A stretch of 64,000 bases of DNA, from the NCBI GenBank assembly GCA_963701965.1, contig OY969695.1, positions 1,408,001 to 1,472,000 on the forward strand, in the 5' to 3' direction. Within the stretch, counting starts at the first letter, position 1. Each line of letters starts with the position of its first letter. Position numbers and translations under genes: made by a program. Origin of the DNA: an uncultured Gemmatimonadales bacterium (GTDB lineage Bacteria; Gemmatimonadota; Gemmatimonadetes; Gemmatimonadales; Gemmatimonadaceae). Below the pieces are notes generated by a model that worked only from the letters and a program-made list of their open reading frames with translations, was not told the origin of the DNA and ran no database searches. Shown here in pieces: positions 10,892 through 21,365 of this stretch.

Positions 10892-12166
10892 CGCAGCAAC
10901 TGGTCGCGCCGGGTTCCCACACTCACGAACTCGAATGGGCGCCTCGACCAGGGCCTCGATGCGATCGAGATAGGTGCGCGCGGCGGCGGGCAGGTCGGCG
11001 CGCTTGCGCGCATCGGCCGTCGAGCATTGCCACCCGTCGAACCACTCGTAGCGCGGCACCATGTCATCGAGCGCCGTCAGATCGCTCGGAAACTCGGTGT
11101 ACACGTCGCCGGCCGCTTCGTATCCCGTGCAGATCGCAATGCGATCGAGCGTGTCGAGCACGTCGAGCTTGGTGACGGCCAGATGCGTGAGACCGTTGAC
11201 GCGCACGGCGTACCGCACGACGACGGCATCGAACCAGCCGCAGCGCCGCGGCCGGCCGGTCGTCGCGCCATACTCGTGGCCCAGCTCCCGCACCCGCGTG
11301 CGGAGTGGTTCGTCGAACTCCGTCGGCAAGGGCCCATTGCCCACCCGCGTGGTGTAGGCTTTGACGACGCCGAGCGCGGCGTCGATCGCGGTCGGCGCCA
11401 GGCCGGCGCCGGTCGCGGCGCCGCCGGACGTCGTGTTGCTCGATGTGACGTAGGGATACGTCCCGTGATCGATGTCGAGCAGCGAGCCCTGCGCGCCCTC
11501 GAGCAGGATGGCGGCGCCGCTTTGGCGGGCGCGGTGTACCGCGAGACCCACGTCCTCCGAGAGCGCCAACAGCCGCGGCGCGAGGCCGTGCAAAATCTCC
11601 AGCGTCTGGTCGACGTCGGCGCGCTTGGCGCTGCCGAAGTGCTCCAGCATCGCGTTGGCGTGCTCGGCCCCGCGGGTCACCAGCGCCTGGAGGTGGGACG
11701 GGTGGCGGAGATCGACGACACGCACGCCGCGCCGGGCGATCTTGTCCTCGTACGCCGGCCCGATCCCGCGACCGGTCGTCCCGATCTCCCGGCTGGCCGC
11801 GCTCTCGGCGTCCACGAGCTTGTGGTACGGCAACACGAGGTGGGCGCGATCGCTGACGTAGAGCCGCCCCTCGACATCGACTCCGTCGGCGACCAGCAGG
11901 TCGATCTCTGTGAAGAACGTCTCGGGATCCAGCACCACACCGTTGCCAATGGCGCAGCGGACGCCGCGATGCAGGATCCCACTCGGGATCTGGTGCAGCA
12001 CGAAGCACCGGCTGCCCAGGTCCACAGTGTGCCCGGCGTTGGCGCCGCCCTGGTATCGGACGACCCAATCCGCGCGCTCCGCGAGCACGTCGACGAGTTT
12101 GCCCTTGCCCTCGTCGCCCCATTGGGCGCCGACGACGACGACCGTACGAGTCTTGTCTTCGAACAT
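10885..12166 (-). CDS. purA: Adenylosuccinate synthetase (1-nt frameshift near 10934)
   Basis: GAQWGDEGKGK, GGANAGHT, EYGATTGRPRRCGW; true C-terminus 'EFVSVGTRRDQLLRW*' lies in the adjacent frame. Confidence 0.95.
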
Positions 12167-12170
12167 TGTG

Positions 12171-13310
12171 CTAGAGCGAGAGCCGGCGAGCGGCTCGAAC
12201 GATGGCATCGGCGGCGAGCGAGACACCGGTGCCGGAGAGCGCGGCAGCGGTATCACCGCCGCAATGGACCCGTGCCAGCGTGGCGAGCGTGCCCCGACTC
12301 ACCGTCACGGCCTCCCAGCCGGCGTCGGCGAACGCCATGGCGTCCACGAATATGCCGGGAAGCACGCGCCGAGCCCGCACGGCCCGCCCGTCGAACGCCC
12401 GAATCAGCCGTTCTGGCCGGCCGTGCGAGTACATGATCGTAAGATAACCACGATCGTCCACCGTGTCGCAGTTGATCACGATGCCGGGCGCGCGCCCCCG
12501 CACCCAGGCGCGGGCTCCCGCCAGCCCGAGTTCCTCGGCGCTGGTCAGGATGATGCCCAGCGGGAGATCCGCCGCCATCCGGGCGGAGAGCAGGACGGCC
12601 GCGACGCCCGAGGCGTTGTCGACCGCGCCCGGCGAGCGGGTGCCCACCGTGGAGACAGCCACCGGGATCGCGGCGCCCACCCCAATGGCGACCAGCCAGA
12701 TCCAGGCTGGACCCGTGACCTGCGCGGCGGCAAACGCCAGCGCCACGGCGCCGCAGAGGACGCTCGTGACAATGCCGGCGGCGCGGAGCAGAATGGGCAC
12801 CGGCTGCGACTTGCTGTCGAGATGTGCGCAGAGCCACACCGCCGGCACGCCGCGCGTTGCCTCCAGGTTCACGCCCGGTACCCGTCCACGACTCACGCCG
12901 GTCCGCGCGAGCCACTGCCCCGCCACCGCAGTCCCCCCGGCTCCGCCGAGCAGGGCGGCGATCGCCAGCGTGAATTGGCGGTGCGCGCCCAGGTGCGCGA
13001 CGGCGGCGATCAGGAACATCCAGGCGGTGCCCAGCGCGGGCGTCGCCCAGCGGCCTACCCAGGACCCGTACGTGAACGGCGCCTCCGCGACGGCGAACCC
13101 CAGAGACACGAGATACTCACGGCAGGCGTTGCGGGCGGCCGCCTCGGCGGCGCTGCCCGCGGGACGCGGGCTGGCGGCGAGACGGGCGAGCCAGGCCTGG
13201 GCTTCGTCTCCGACGCTAGCGGGTTGGTCCGTAGACCTCGAGCCCCATGCGCGCTTTGACTTCGGCCATCGTCTCGCGCGCGATCGCCGACGCCTGCGCG
13301 GCGCCGTCAC
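12171..13310 (-). CDS. M28-family membrane zinc peptidase (start uncertain, probably near 13215)
   Basis: AHLDSK, GAVDNASG, SAEELG, NCD, VH..GD motifs with two inserted TM hairpins. Confidence 0.8.
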   Translation of the reverse strand: MTAPRRRRRSRARRWPKSKRAWGSRSTDQPASVGDEAQAWLARLAASPRPAGSAAEAAARNACREYLVSLGFAVAEAPFTYGSWVGRWATPALGTAWMFLIAAVAHLGAHRQFTLAIAALLGGAGGTAVAGQWLARTGVSRGRVPGVNLEATRGVPAVWLCAHLDSKSQPVPILLRAAGIVTSVLCGAVALAFAAAQVTGPAWIWLVAIGVGAAIPVAVSTVGTRSPGAVDNASGVAAVLLSARMAADLPLGIILTSAEELGLAGARAWVRGRAPGIVINCDTVDDRGYLTIMYSHGRPERLIRAFDGRAVRARRVLPGIFVDAMAFADAGWEAVTVSRGTLATLARVHCGGDTAAALSGTGVSLAADAIVRAARRLSL

Positions 13311-14213
13311 CCAGCACCTGGTCGATCACGCCGGGCGCCGACGCGATTTCCGCGGCCCGCGCGCGGATCGGGGCCAGCACGGTCTCCACCCCTTCGAACA
13401 GCACGCGCTTGCAGTCAATGCAACCCCACCCCGCGCTCCGGCAGCGCGCGGCGACGTCCTCCACGACGGGCGGGGCGTTGAACGCGCGATGCAGGTGGTA
13501 GATGTTGCAGACTTCGGGCGTGCCCGGATCCGTTTTGCGGACACGGTTCGGATCGGTGACCGCGGGTCGCAGCTTTTCCCAATGTCGGCCGCGGGTTCGA
13601 GCACGCCGATGGTATTGCCGATCGACTTCGACATCTTGGCCTGGCCGTCGAGGCCCATGATGCGGCGCGTCGGCGTCAGCAATGCCGCCGGCTCCGGGAA
13701 ATACGGGAGGTCGGGCGCGAACCGCGCGTTCCATCGGCGCGCAATGTCGCGCGACAGCTCCAGGTGCTGGACTTGATCCTCGCCGACCGGGACGAGATCG
13801 GCGCGGTACAGGAGAATGTCCGCGGCCTGCAGAACGGGATAGTTCAACAGTCCGGCCAGGATGCTCTCGTGGCGCTGCGACTTGTCCTTGAACTGCGTCT
13901 GTCGCTCGAGATCGCCGATGGGCGTCACCGTGTTGAATATCCAGGCCAACTCGGTATGTTCCGGCACCGACGACTGGGCGAAGAAGATCGCGGTGTTCGG
14001 ATCGATGCCCGCGGCGAGCAGCGAGACCGCCAGATCGCGCGTGCGGGCCCGGAGGTCGGCCGGATCATAGGGCACCGTGATCGCGTGATAGTCGACGATG
14101 CAGAAAATCGACGGATAGCGTCGCTGGACCTCGACCCAATTCCGCACGGCACCGAGGTAGTTACCAATGTGCAGCTCGCCCGACGGCTGGATGCCGCTGA
14201 AGACCCGTGGCAT
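13216..14213 (-). CDS. trpS: Tryptophan--tRNA ligase (1-nt frameshift near 13581)
   Basis: SGIQPSG, HIGN, YPVLQAADIL, VPVGEDQ, KMSKS; C-terminal 'WEKLRPAVTDP…GCIDCK' in second frame. Confidence 0.95.
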
Positions 14214-15031
14214 TCGGCGAAACTAGAGAGACGGGCCACACGCCGCAACCGAGCGCGCTCCTCGAGCTCGCGGTGCGGGCGGCGGAGGCCGCGGCCCAGG
14301 TGATCCGTCGGGGCGCCGAAACGCTGCCGCGCCTCGCCTGGGAGGAGAAGGCGCCGCACGACTTCGTGAGCGATGTCGATCGGGCGTCGGAGGCGGCCGT
14401 GCGGGAGATCCTCCTCGGCGCGGTGCCCGGCGCCCAAGTGCTCGGTGAGGAGATGTCGCCCGACTTGGCGCTGACGGACGGCGTGGCGTTTGTCGTCGAT
14501 CCGCTCGACGGGACGACGAACTTTCTCCATGGGTTTCCCGAATACGCCGTCTCCATCGCCGCGCTCGTGGACGGGGTATTGGCGGCTGGCGTGGTCCGTC
14601 ACGCCGTGACGGGCGAGACGTTCACCGCCGTCCGCGGCGGCGGCGCCCGGCGCAACGGCGTGCCGATCCACGTGTCGACGACGACCACGCCGTCCCGCGC
14701 GCTCATCGGCACGGGTTTTCCGTTCTCCAGTCTCGACCGCCTCCACGAGTATCAGCCGCAGTTCGCCGCCGTGGCGCGACAGACCGCCGGCATCCGCCGG
14801 GCGGGATCGGCGGCGTTGGATCTGGCGCATGTCGCCGCCGGGCGGTTCGACGGGTTCTGGGAGCTCAAGCTCGCGCCCTGGGACATCGCGGCGGGCGTGT
14901 TGCTCGTGCGGGAGGCGGGGGGATTGGTCACCGATCTCGCCGGCGCGCCCGCCCCGGTCGCCCATACCGGCCTGGTCGCGGGCAACCCGACCATTCACGC
15001 GTGGCTACTAAAGGAACTATGGCATCCCTAG
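14207..15031 (+). CDS. suhB: Inositol monophosphatase family
   Basis: GEE, VDPLDGTTNF, RRAGSAALDL, WDIAAG; start uncertain. Confidence 0.9.
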   Translation: MAFGETRETGHTPQPSALLELAVRAAEAAAQVIRRGAETLPRLAWEEKAPHDFVSDVDRASEAAVREILLGAVPGAQVLGEEMSPDLALTDGVAFVVDPLDGTTNFLHGFPEYAVSIAALVDGVLAAGVVRHAVTGETFTAVRGGGARRNGVPIHVSTTTTPSRALIGTGFPFSSLDRLHEYQPQFAAVARQTAGIRRAGSAALDLAHVAAGRFDGFWELKLAPWDIAAGVLLVREAGGLVTDLAGAPAPVAHTGLVAGNPTIHAWLLKELWHP

Positions 15032-16527
15032 TCGAGTGCGTTCCGAATTTTTCCGAGGGCCGGAGGCCCGACGTCATCGCCCGTATCCGCGACGCGATCG
15101 CCGCGGTGCCGGGCGTGGCGATCCTCGACGTCTCGTCCGATGCGTCGCACAATCGCACGGTGGTGACGTTCGTCGTACCGCCGGAATCGGCCGTCGACGC
15201 CGCGTTCTTAGGCGTCCGCGAAGCGCGCGCGCTCATCGATCTCACGACGCACACGGGTGAGCACCCGCGGATCGGCGCCACCGACGTGGTGCCGTTCGTG
15301 CCGCTCGAGGGCGTGACAATGGAGGCCTGCATCGTCCTGGCGCGCACGCTGGGTGAACGCGTGGGCCGGGAATTGGAGATCCCGGTCTATCTCTATGAGC
15401 GCGCGGCCACGCGCCCCGACCGGGAGAACCTGGCCAATGTGCGCCGGGGCGAGTTCGAGGGTCTCCGCGACATCCTGCCGCGCGATCCGGCACGGGCGCC
15501 GGATTTCGGACCACGGGCCGTCCATCCGACGGCCGGCGCCATGGCGATCGGCGCCCGGCCGTTCCTCGTGGCGTACAACGTGTATCTCGGACCCGTCACC
15601 AATCTGGCGGTCGCCAAGGACGTCGCCAAAGCCGTCCGCGGCTCGTCTGGCGGCCTGCGCTACGTGAAAGCGTTGGGGTTGGAGGTCGATGGGCAGGCGC
15701 AGGTGTCAATGAACCTGGTCGATATCGACCGGACGCCGTTGTCACGGGCGTACGAGGCGGTGCGCACGGAAGCGGCGGCGCAGGGCGTCGCGCCGACGTG
15801 GAGCGAATTGGTGGGGTTGGTGCCGGAGCGGGCGCTGATCGACGCCGGGGCGCGGCACGTGCAGCTGCGCGGGTTCAACGCGGACGCGCAGGTGCTCGAG
15901 CGCAAAGTGCGGGCGGCGGTCAGTGGCGCGGCGGTCAATGGGTTCGTGGCCGCGGTCGCGTCGGCCAGTCCCACGCCGGGCGGCGGCAGCGTGGTGGCGC
16001 ACGTCGGCGCCCTGGGCGCGGCGTTGGCGCAGATGGTCGCCGGCCTGACTGCCGGACGACCGAAGTTCGCGGCAGTCGACGCCGAGATGCGCGACGTGGG
16101 GCGCGAGGCGGCCGAGCTCACCCGCAGCCTGTCGCGGCTCGTCGACGAGGACGCCACGGCGTATGCCGGTGTCTCGGCCGCCTACAAGACGCCCAAGGAC
16201 ACGCCCAATCGGTCTGGCGCGATCGCTGCAGCGCTTCTCGGCGCCGCGCGAGTGCCACTGGAAACGGCGCGCGCGGCGGCGCGTGTCGCCGCGTTAGCGG
16301 CGACCGTGGCCGAGAAAGGGAATCCGAATGCCGTGTCCGATGCCGGGGTCTCGGCGCTGCTCGCCGAAGCGGCGTGTCGGGGCGCGGTGTACAACGTGAG
16401 GATCAATGTCGCCGCCCTCGCCGACCGCTCGGCGGGCCAAGCGCTGATCGACGAGGCGCTCCGACTGGTCGTCGACGTCGCCCGATTCGCGGCGACGGCG
16501 ACGGCAGCTGTCGAGCGGCATTTATAA
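15019..16527 (+). CDS. ftcD: Glutamate formimidoyltransferase-cyclodeaminase (bifunctional)
   Basis: VECVPNFSEG, HPRIGATDVVPF, then cyclodeaminase 'SPTPGGGS', 'GNPNAVSDAG'; SD AAGGA before ATG 15019. Confidence 0.92.
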   Translation: MASLVECVPNFSEGRRPDVIARIRDAIAAVPGVAILDVSSDASHNRTVVTFVVPPESAVDAAFLGVREARALIDLTTHTGEHPRIGATDVVPFVPLEGVTMEACIVLARTLGERVGRELEIPVYLYERAATRPDRENLANVRRGEFEGLRDILPRDPARAPDFGPRAVHPTAGAMAIGARPFLVAYNVYLGPVTNLAVAKDVAKAVRGSSGGLRYVKALGLEVDGQAQVSMNLVDIDRTPLSRAYEAVRTEAAAQGVAPTWSELVGLVPERALIDAGARHVQLRGFNADAQVLERKVRAAVSGAAVNGFVAAVASASPTPGGGSVVAHVGALGAALAQMVAGLTAGRPKFAAVDAEMRDVGREAAELTRSLSRLVDEDATAYAGVSAAYKTPKDTPNRSGAIAAALLGAARVPLETARAAARVAALAATVAEKGNPNAVSDAGVSALLAEAACRGAVYNVRINVAALADRSAGQALIDEALRLVVDVARFAATATAAVERHL

Positions 16528-17052
16528 CGAGCGCTTGCGATAGAGCACGTGTTGGCGCAGCCGGTCGCCCGGCGGGAAGCCCGGGTGGTCGAAATCGTCG
16601 GCCGGATCGTGCGTCATGCCGATCTTCTCCATGACGCGGCGCGACCGCGTGTTGGCCGGGACCGCGAAGGCCACGATTTCGCCGAGCGCGAGTTGGGTGA
16701 AGCCGTAGTCGAGCGCGGCGCGGGCCGCTTCGGTGGCGTAACCTCGCCCCCAAAACTCGGATCGCAGGCGCCAGCCGATCTCCACGCACGGTGTGAAATG
16801 CGCCTCGAAACGGGCATGGGCCAGACCGCAGAATCCGGCAAAGTCCACGACGCCTGGGATCTCGACGGCCCAGAACCCAAACCCGTGCTCGGCGATGTGG
16901 GCACGAATGCGCATCGCCAGCGCGTCGCTCTGCCCGCGGTCGAGCGTTGACGGGAAAAATTCCATGACGCGCGCATCGCCGACCAGCGTGGCGAACGCCT
17001 CCAGGTCGTCATCCCGCCACGGGCGCAACACGAGCCGCGGAGTGACGATCAC
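16522..17052 (-). CDS. GNAT (RimJ/RimL-like) N-acetyltransferase
   Basis: TPRLVLRPW, EIGWRL, WGRGYATEAA, NTRSRRVMEKIGM; GTG overlaps map stop. Confidence 0.9.
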   Translation of the reverse strand: MIVTPRLVLRPWRDDDLEAFATLVGDARVMEFFPSTLDRGQSDALAMRIRAHIAEHGFGFWAVEIPGVVDFAGFCGLAHARFEAHFTPCVEIGWRLRSEFWGRGYATEAARAALDYGFTQLALGEIVAFAVPANTRSRRVMEKIGMTHDPADDFDHPGFPPGDRLRQHVLYRKRSL

Positions 17053-17801
17053 GCCGCCGTCAGGATCCGCGGGCCGTCGTCCGTGACGGCAATGGTGTGC
17101 TCGAAGTGTGCCGAGCGGGTGCCGTCGGCTGTGACGACGGTCCATTTGTCGGAGAGCGTGCGCGTGTCGCCCCGTCCGATGTTCACCATGGGCTCAATGG
17201 CAATGGTGAGACCGGAGACCAGCTTGGTGCCCCGTTTCGGCTTGCCGAAGTTCGGCACCTGCGGCTCCTCGTGGGGTTCGAGGCCCACGCCGTGGCCCAC
17301 CAGATCCTTGGCCACGGTGAAATGCGCCCGCTCGACGACGCCGAAGATCGCCGCGCCAATGTCGCCCGTGTGATTCCCGGCCTGGGCCGCGGCGATGCCG
17401 GCGTCCAGGGCGCGCCGCGTCACGTCCAGCAGCCGTTGCGTCTCGGCATTCACGCGTCCGACCCCGACGGTCGCCGCCGCGTCGGTATAGAAGCCGTTGT
17501 ACTTGACACCGACATCGAGCGAGATGATGTCGCCCTCGCACAGGATGCGTTTCCGGGACGGGATGCCGTGCACGATCTCCTGATTGACGGAGAGGCATAC
17601 ACTGCCCGGAAATCCATACAGACCCTTGAACGCCGGCAAGGCGCCGTCGTGGCTCCGGATGAACTCGTCCGCGATCTGGTCCAACTCGCCCGTCGAGATC
17701 CCGGCTTCCACGCGCGACGACAGTAGCGCAATGGTGGCGGCCAGGATACGGCCTCCCTGCGCCATGATCTCGATCTCGCGCGGCGACTTGAGTTGGATCA
17801 C
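17049..17801 (-). CDS. map: Type I methionine aminopeptidase
   Basis: IQLKSPREIE, VHGIP, DVGV…D, GHGVG…HEEP, AIEPM, SAHFEHT. Confidence 0.96.
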   Translation of the reverse strand: MIQLKSPREIEIMAQGGRILAATIALLSSRVEAGISTGELDQIADEFIRSHDGALPAFKGLYGFPGSVCLSVNQEIVHGIPSRKRILCEGDIISLDVGVKYNGFYTDAAATVGVGRVNAETQRLLDVTRRALDAGIAAAQAGNHTGDIGAAIFGVVERAHFTVAKDLVGHGVGLEPHEEPQVPNFGKPKRGTKLVSGLTIAIEPMVNIGRGDTRTLSDKWTVVTADGTRSAHFEHTIAVTDDGPRILTAA

Positions 17802-17817
17802 GAGTGCGGCTCCCGGC

Positions 17818-18474
17818 CTACCGGCCAACAGCGGCCCGGATGCGCGCGTGCACGGCGTCGAGCGACCCGGTGGCATCGATGATGTTGACCGGCACCGCGT
17901 GCGCGCGGTACCACTCGATGACCGGCGCCGTCTGCCGGCGGTACACTTCCAGGCGCGTCCGGACGGTCTCGGGTTCATCGTCCTTGCGGCGCACCAATTT
18001 GCCGCCGCAGGCCGCGCACCGCGCGCCCGGAGCCAGTCCCATGTACGGCGTCTGGCACCCTTCGCAGACGGTGCGCGCCGTCAGGCGCCGCAGGAGCTCG
18101 TCGTCCGACACATCGAACAGGAGCACGGCGCCCACGTGCCGGCCGAGATCGGCCAGCGCCTTCTCCAGACCCTCGGCTTGGGGCACGGTACGCACGACGC
18201 CGTCGAGAATCGCGCCGCGGGTCGCGTCGGGCGATGAGAGCGCGTCCTTCATGATCCCCAGGATCACCTCGTCTGGTACGAGCGCGCCCCGATCCATGAA
18301 CGATTTCGCTTCCAGCCCCAAGCGCGTTCCCGCTTTCACCGCCGAGCGGAGCACATCGCCGGTCGCCACCTGCGGGATGCCAAGCGCGGCGGCCAAGCGC
18401 TGCGCTTGGGTCCCTTTTCCCGCGCCGGGCGGGCCCAGCAGGACGATGATCAGGCTGTCGGTGGCGACGGCCAC
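17818..18474 (-). CDS. adk: Adenylate kinase (Zn-binding LID)
   Basis: GPPGAGKGTQ, CxxC…CxxC lid, RKDD. Confidence 0.96.
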   Translation of the reverse strand: MAVATDSLIIVLLGPPGAGKGTQAQRLAAALGIPQVATGDVLRSAVKAGTRLGLEAKSFMDRGALVPDEVILGIMKDALSSPDATRGAILDGVVRTVPQAEGLEKALADLGRHVGAVLLFDVSDDELLRRLTARTVCEGCQTPYMGLAPGARCAACGGKLVRRKDDEPETVRTRLEVYRRQTAPVIEWYRAHAVPVNIIDATGSLDAVHARIRAAVGR

Positions 18475-18475
18475 G

Positions 18476-19810
18476 TCAGTAGCCGCCCTGGGGAGAGATA
18501 CCCCGGGCCTTGACGCGGCCGCCTTTCTTCATGAACCCGTCGTACTTCCGGAGCAGCAGGTGTTGGTTCATCTGCGTGATCGTGTCCAGCGCGACACCGA
18601 CTACGATCAGCAGCGACGTCCCGCCGAAGCGGAACGGCACGTTGATCTGGTCCGCGATGAACATGGGGAGCAGCGCGATGAACGTGAGGAAGATGGCGCC
18701 CGGCAGCGTGATCCGGGACATGACCTCGTCAATGTACTCCGCCGTCTTCGTGCCCGGCTTCACGCCCGGAATGAAGCCGCCCTGCTTCTTGAGATTCTCA
18801 GCCAGGTCGACCGGGTTGAAGATGATCGACGTGTAGAAATACGTGAAGAAGACGGTGAGAATCGCCATCAGGCTGAAATAGAGGAACGTTCCTGGCGCGA
18901 AATACTCCGCCAGGTCTCGGGCCCACGGCCGGCCGCTGAACTGGGCGATCGCGCCCGGGACGACGATCACCGACTGCGCGAAGATGATCGGCATGACACC
19001 CGCCGAGTTGATCTTGAGCGGGATGTAGTTCTTCGCCGCCTCGCGCATGCGACCGCGGGCCATGGTCCGCTGCGGGATCTGGATCGGCACCTTCCGCGAG
19101 GCCACCGTAATCACGATGATGCCCGCGACCACGCCGACCATGAGGGCCCCCAGCACCAGCAGCTTCACGACGTTCGTGGCGCCCGTATTGATGTACTTCA
19201 TGGTGTCGAAGATCCCAGGCCAGAATCGTTCGACGATCGAGAAGAAGATGATGAGGCTTGCGCCGTTCCCGAGGCCGCGCTCCGTGATCTGCTCACCGAG
19301 CCACATCACGAAAATCGCGCCGGTCGTAAGGAAGAGCACCATCTGCACCCGGAAACCGAACCCCGGATTCACGACCGCGCCCTGCAGCGACTCGGTGAAC
19401 AGGGCGAAGCCATACGCCTGGACGATGGCCAGCGCCACGGTGATGTAGCGGGTCCACTGCGTCAGCTTCTTCCGCCCTTCCTCGTCCTTTTGCATCTTGT
19501 CGACCTGCGGCAGGACCGCGCCCGCGATCTGGACGAAGATGCTGGCCGAGATGTACGGCATGATGCCGAGGGCGAAGACCGTGGCCTTGGACAGGCCACC
19601 GCCGACGAACAAGTCGTACAACCCCAGCAGGCCGCCCTTCCCCTGATTATTGAAGAAGTCCGTCAGGGCCACGACATCGATGCCCGGCGCCGTGATGTGC
19701 GCGCCCACGCGGTAGATCGCCAAGCACAGGAACGTGAAGAGGATCTTGTCCTTGAGCTCGGTCGTCTTCCAGACGTTGGCCAGTGCCGCGGCCGGATTTG
19801 CTTGTGCCAT
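18476..19810 (-). CDS. secY: Preprotein translocase SecY
   Basis: FALGIMPYISASI, WLGEQITERG, GGFIPGVKPG, GGTSLLIVV. Confidence 0.98.
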   Translation of the reverse strand: MAQANPAAALANVWKTTELKDKILFTFLCLAIYRVGAHITAPGIDVVALTDFFNNQGKGGLLGLYDLFVGGGLSKATVFALGIMPYISASIFVQIAGAVLPQVDKMQKDEEGRKKLTQWTRYITVALAIVQAYGFALFTESLQGAVVNPGFGFRVQMVLFLTTGAIFVMWLGEQITERGLGNGASLIIFFSIVERFWPGIFDTMKYINTGATNVVKLLVLGALMVGVVAGIIVITVASRKVPIQIPQRTMARGRMREAAKNYIPLKINSAGVMPIIFAQSVIVVPGAIAQFSGRPWARDLAEYFAPGTFLYFSLMAILTVFFTYFYTSIIFNPVDLAENLKKQGGFIPGVKPGTKTAEYIDEVMSRITLPGAIFLTFIALLPMFIADQINVPFRFGGTSLLIVVGVALDTITQMNQHLLLRKYDGFMKKGGRVKARGISPQGGY

Positions 19811-19817
19811 TTTTTGA

Positions 19818-20300
19818 CTACTCCTCGACTCGGCCCCCAGCCGCTACGATGCGCTCCCGTGCGCCCGCACTGACCTTGACGCCGCGTACTACGACTGGCC
19901 GGGCCAGTGTGCCCGTCGCCAGGACTTTCGGCGCGCCTTTCGACTTCCGGGCCAGTCCGGCTTCGACCAGCGACTCGAGGGTGACGTCGGTCCCTTCCGG
20001 GATCCGCGTCAACGCATCGAGGCGCACGACCTGAGCCTCTTCCCGGAACGGATTCGTGAACCCGCGCTTGGGCACACGCCGCGTCAGCGGCATCTGGCCA
20101 CCTTCGAACTGTGGCTTCCCGCCGCCCGGGCCGTGGTGGCCCGCGCGCGCCTTGATGCCCTTGTGACCCTTGCCGGACGTCTTACCCGTGCCCGACCCGG
20201 GGCCGCGACCGATGCGCTTCCGGTTGCGATGGGAACCCGGCGCCGGACTCAGGGAGTCGAGCCCGATGTGCGCGATTTTCTTCTCTGTCTTGTCAGCCAT
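19818..20300 (-). CDS. rplO: 50S ribosomal protein L15
   Basis: RIGRGPGSGTGKT, FEGGQMPL; operon position. Confidence 0.97.
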   Translation of the reverse strand: MADKTEKKIAHIGLDSLSPAPGSHRNRKRIGRGPGSGTGKTSGKGHKGIKARAGHHGPGGGKPQFEGGQMPLTRRVPKRGFTNPFREEAQVVRLDALTRIPEGTDVTLESLVEAGLARKSKGAPKVLATGTLARPVVVRGVKVSAGARERIVAAGGRVEE

Positions 20301-20303
20301 CGC

Positions 20304-20552
20304 TTACTCCTTCACCGTCACGGATACCAAGTGACGCACTTGCTTGAGCTGGCCGGCCAGCGAGGCCGAAAACGGCCGCACCACGGTGTCCTGATGGTGC
20401 TTGAGGCCGATCGCGCGCAGCGTCGCGCGCAGCCGCTCCGGATGCCCGATCCCGCTCCTCACTTGTTTGATCTCCACGGTCTTCGCATCCGTCACCATCT
20501 TCGGCGTATGCGACGGACCGCGGGTGCGATGCCACACGAACCGCCTAGGCAT
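20304..20552 (-). CDS. rpmD: 50S ribosomal protein L30 (N-terminal extension)
   Basis: IKQVRSGIG…RATLRAIGL…VRHLV. Confidence 0.93.
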   Translation of the reverse strand: MPRRFVWHRTRGPSHTPKMVTDAKTVEIKQVRSGIGHPERLRATLRAIGLKHHQDTVVRPFSASLAGQLKQVRHLVSVTVKE

Positions 20553-21363
20553 GCGCGGCCTCCTTGCCCTTGGCCCGCGACTTGTACCCCAGCGTCGCCG
20601 GCTCGAGACCGCGCTCGCGCGCGATCTGCTCGACCGTCGTCAGCCGATGCAATCCGTCGAGCGCGGCCAACACCATGTTGTGCGGATTGGTCGAGCCCAG
20701 GCTCTTGGTCAGAATATCCGAGATGCCCGCGCATTCCATGATGGCGCGGACGGCGCCGCCGGCAATGACGCCGGCGCCCGGTGCCGCGGGCTTCATGAGG
20801 ACGCGACCGGCGCCGTGCTCGCCGACGATCTCGTGCGGAATGGTGCCGCCCGTGAGCGGCACCGCCGCCATCCGGCGTCGCGCGGCGTCGACTGCTTTGC
20901 GCACGGCCTCGGACACTTCGTTGGCCTTGCCCGTCGCGAACCCGACGCGCCCTTGACCGTCGCCGACGGCGACGAGGGCATTGAACGAGAAGCGCCGGCC
21001 GCCTTTGACGACCTTGGCGACACGATTGATGGCGATGACGTTCTCCAGGAGATCGCCACCCTCGCGGCCGCCGTCACCGCCACGACCACCGTCGCCACGC
21101 GGGCGCCGATCGCCGTCGCGGCCCCCGGGGCCGCCACCACCAGGGCCACCGCCCGGACCGCCACGGCCGCGACCACCGCCGCCGCCCGGTCCGCCGCGCC
21201 CACGACCACCGCCGCCGCCACCCGGGCCGCCGCGACCGCCACGGCCGCCGCCTCCACCACCGCCGCCACCGGGCCGGCGCGGGGGACCGCCCGGACCGCG
21301 GGACGGGGCGCCGCCCGAGCCGGCGCCTGGGGTGCTACGCGATTCTGGTTGTTGATCTGCCAT
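20545..21363 (-). CDS. rpsE: 30S ribosomal protein S5 with long Gly/Arg-rich N-terminus
   Basis: [30 protein letters not shown]. Confidence 0.97.
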   Translation of the reverse strand: MADQQPESRSTPGAGSGGAPSRGPGGPPRRPGGGGGGGGGRGGRGGPGGGGGGRGRGGPGGGGGRGRGGPGGGPGGGGPGGRDGDRRPRGDGGRGGDGGREGGDLLENVIAINRVAKVVKGGRRFSFNALVAVGDGQGRVGFATGKANEVSEAVRKAVDAARRRMAAVPLTGGTIPHEIVGEHGAGRVLMKPAAPGAGVIAGGAVRAIMECAGISDILTKSLGSTNPHNMVLAALDGLHRLTTVEQIARERGLEPATLGYKSRAKGKEAAHA

Positions 21364-21365
21364 GT

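Noticed and set aside
9893..12256. 787-aa PurA-YpdA fusion ORF
   Set aside because: Caused by one extra base near 10934; the normal PurA C-terminus and stop, and a separate ATG for ypdA, are present.
8507..12436. 1309-aa plus-strand ORF
   Set aside because: Antisense shadow of glyQS/ypdA/purA in high-GC DNA; no recognisable motifs.
15019..16527. Fused formiminotransferase-cyclodeaminase as a novelty
   Set aside because: Bifunctional FTCD is a known architecture in bacteria and animals.
21060..21300. GC-rich tandem repeats as a possible CRISPR or VNTR element
   Set aside because: Imperfect coding repeats of the S5 Gly-rich region; no repeat-spacer structure and no cas genes.
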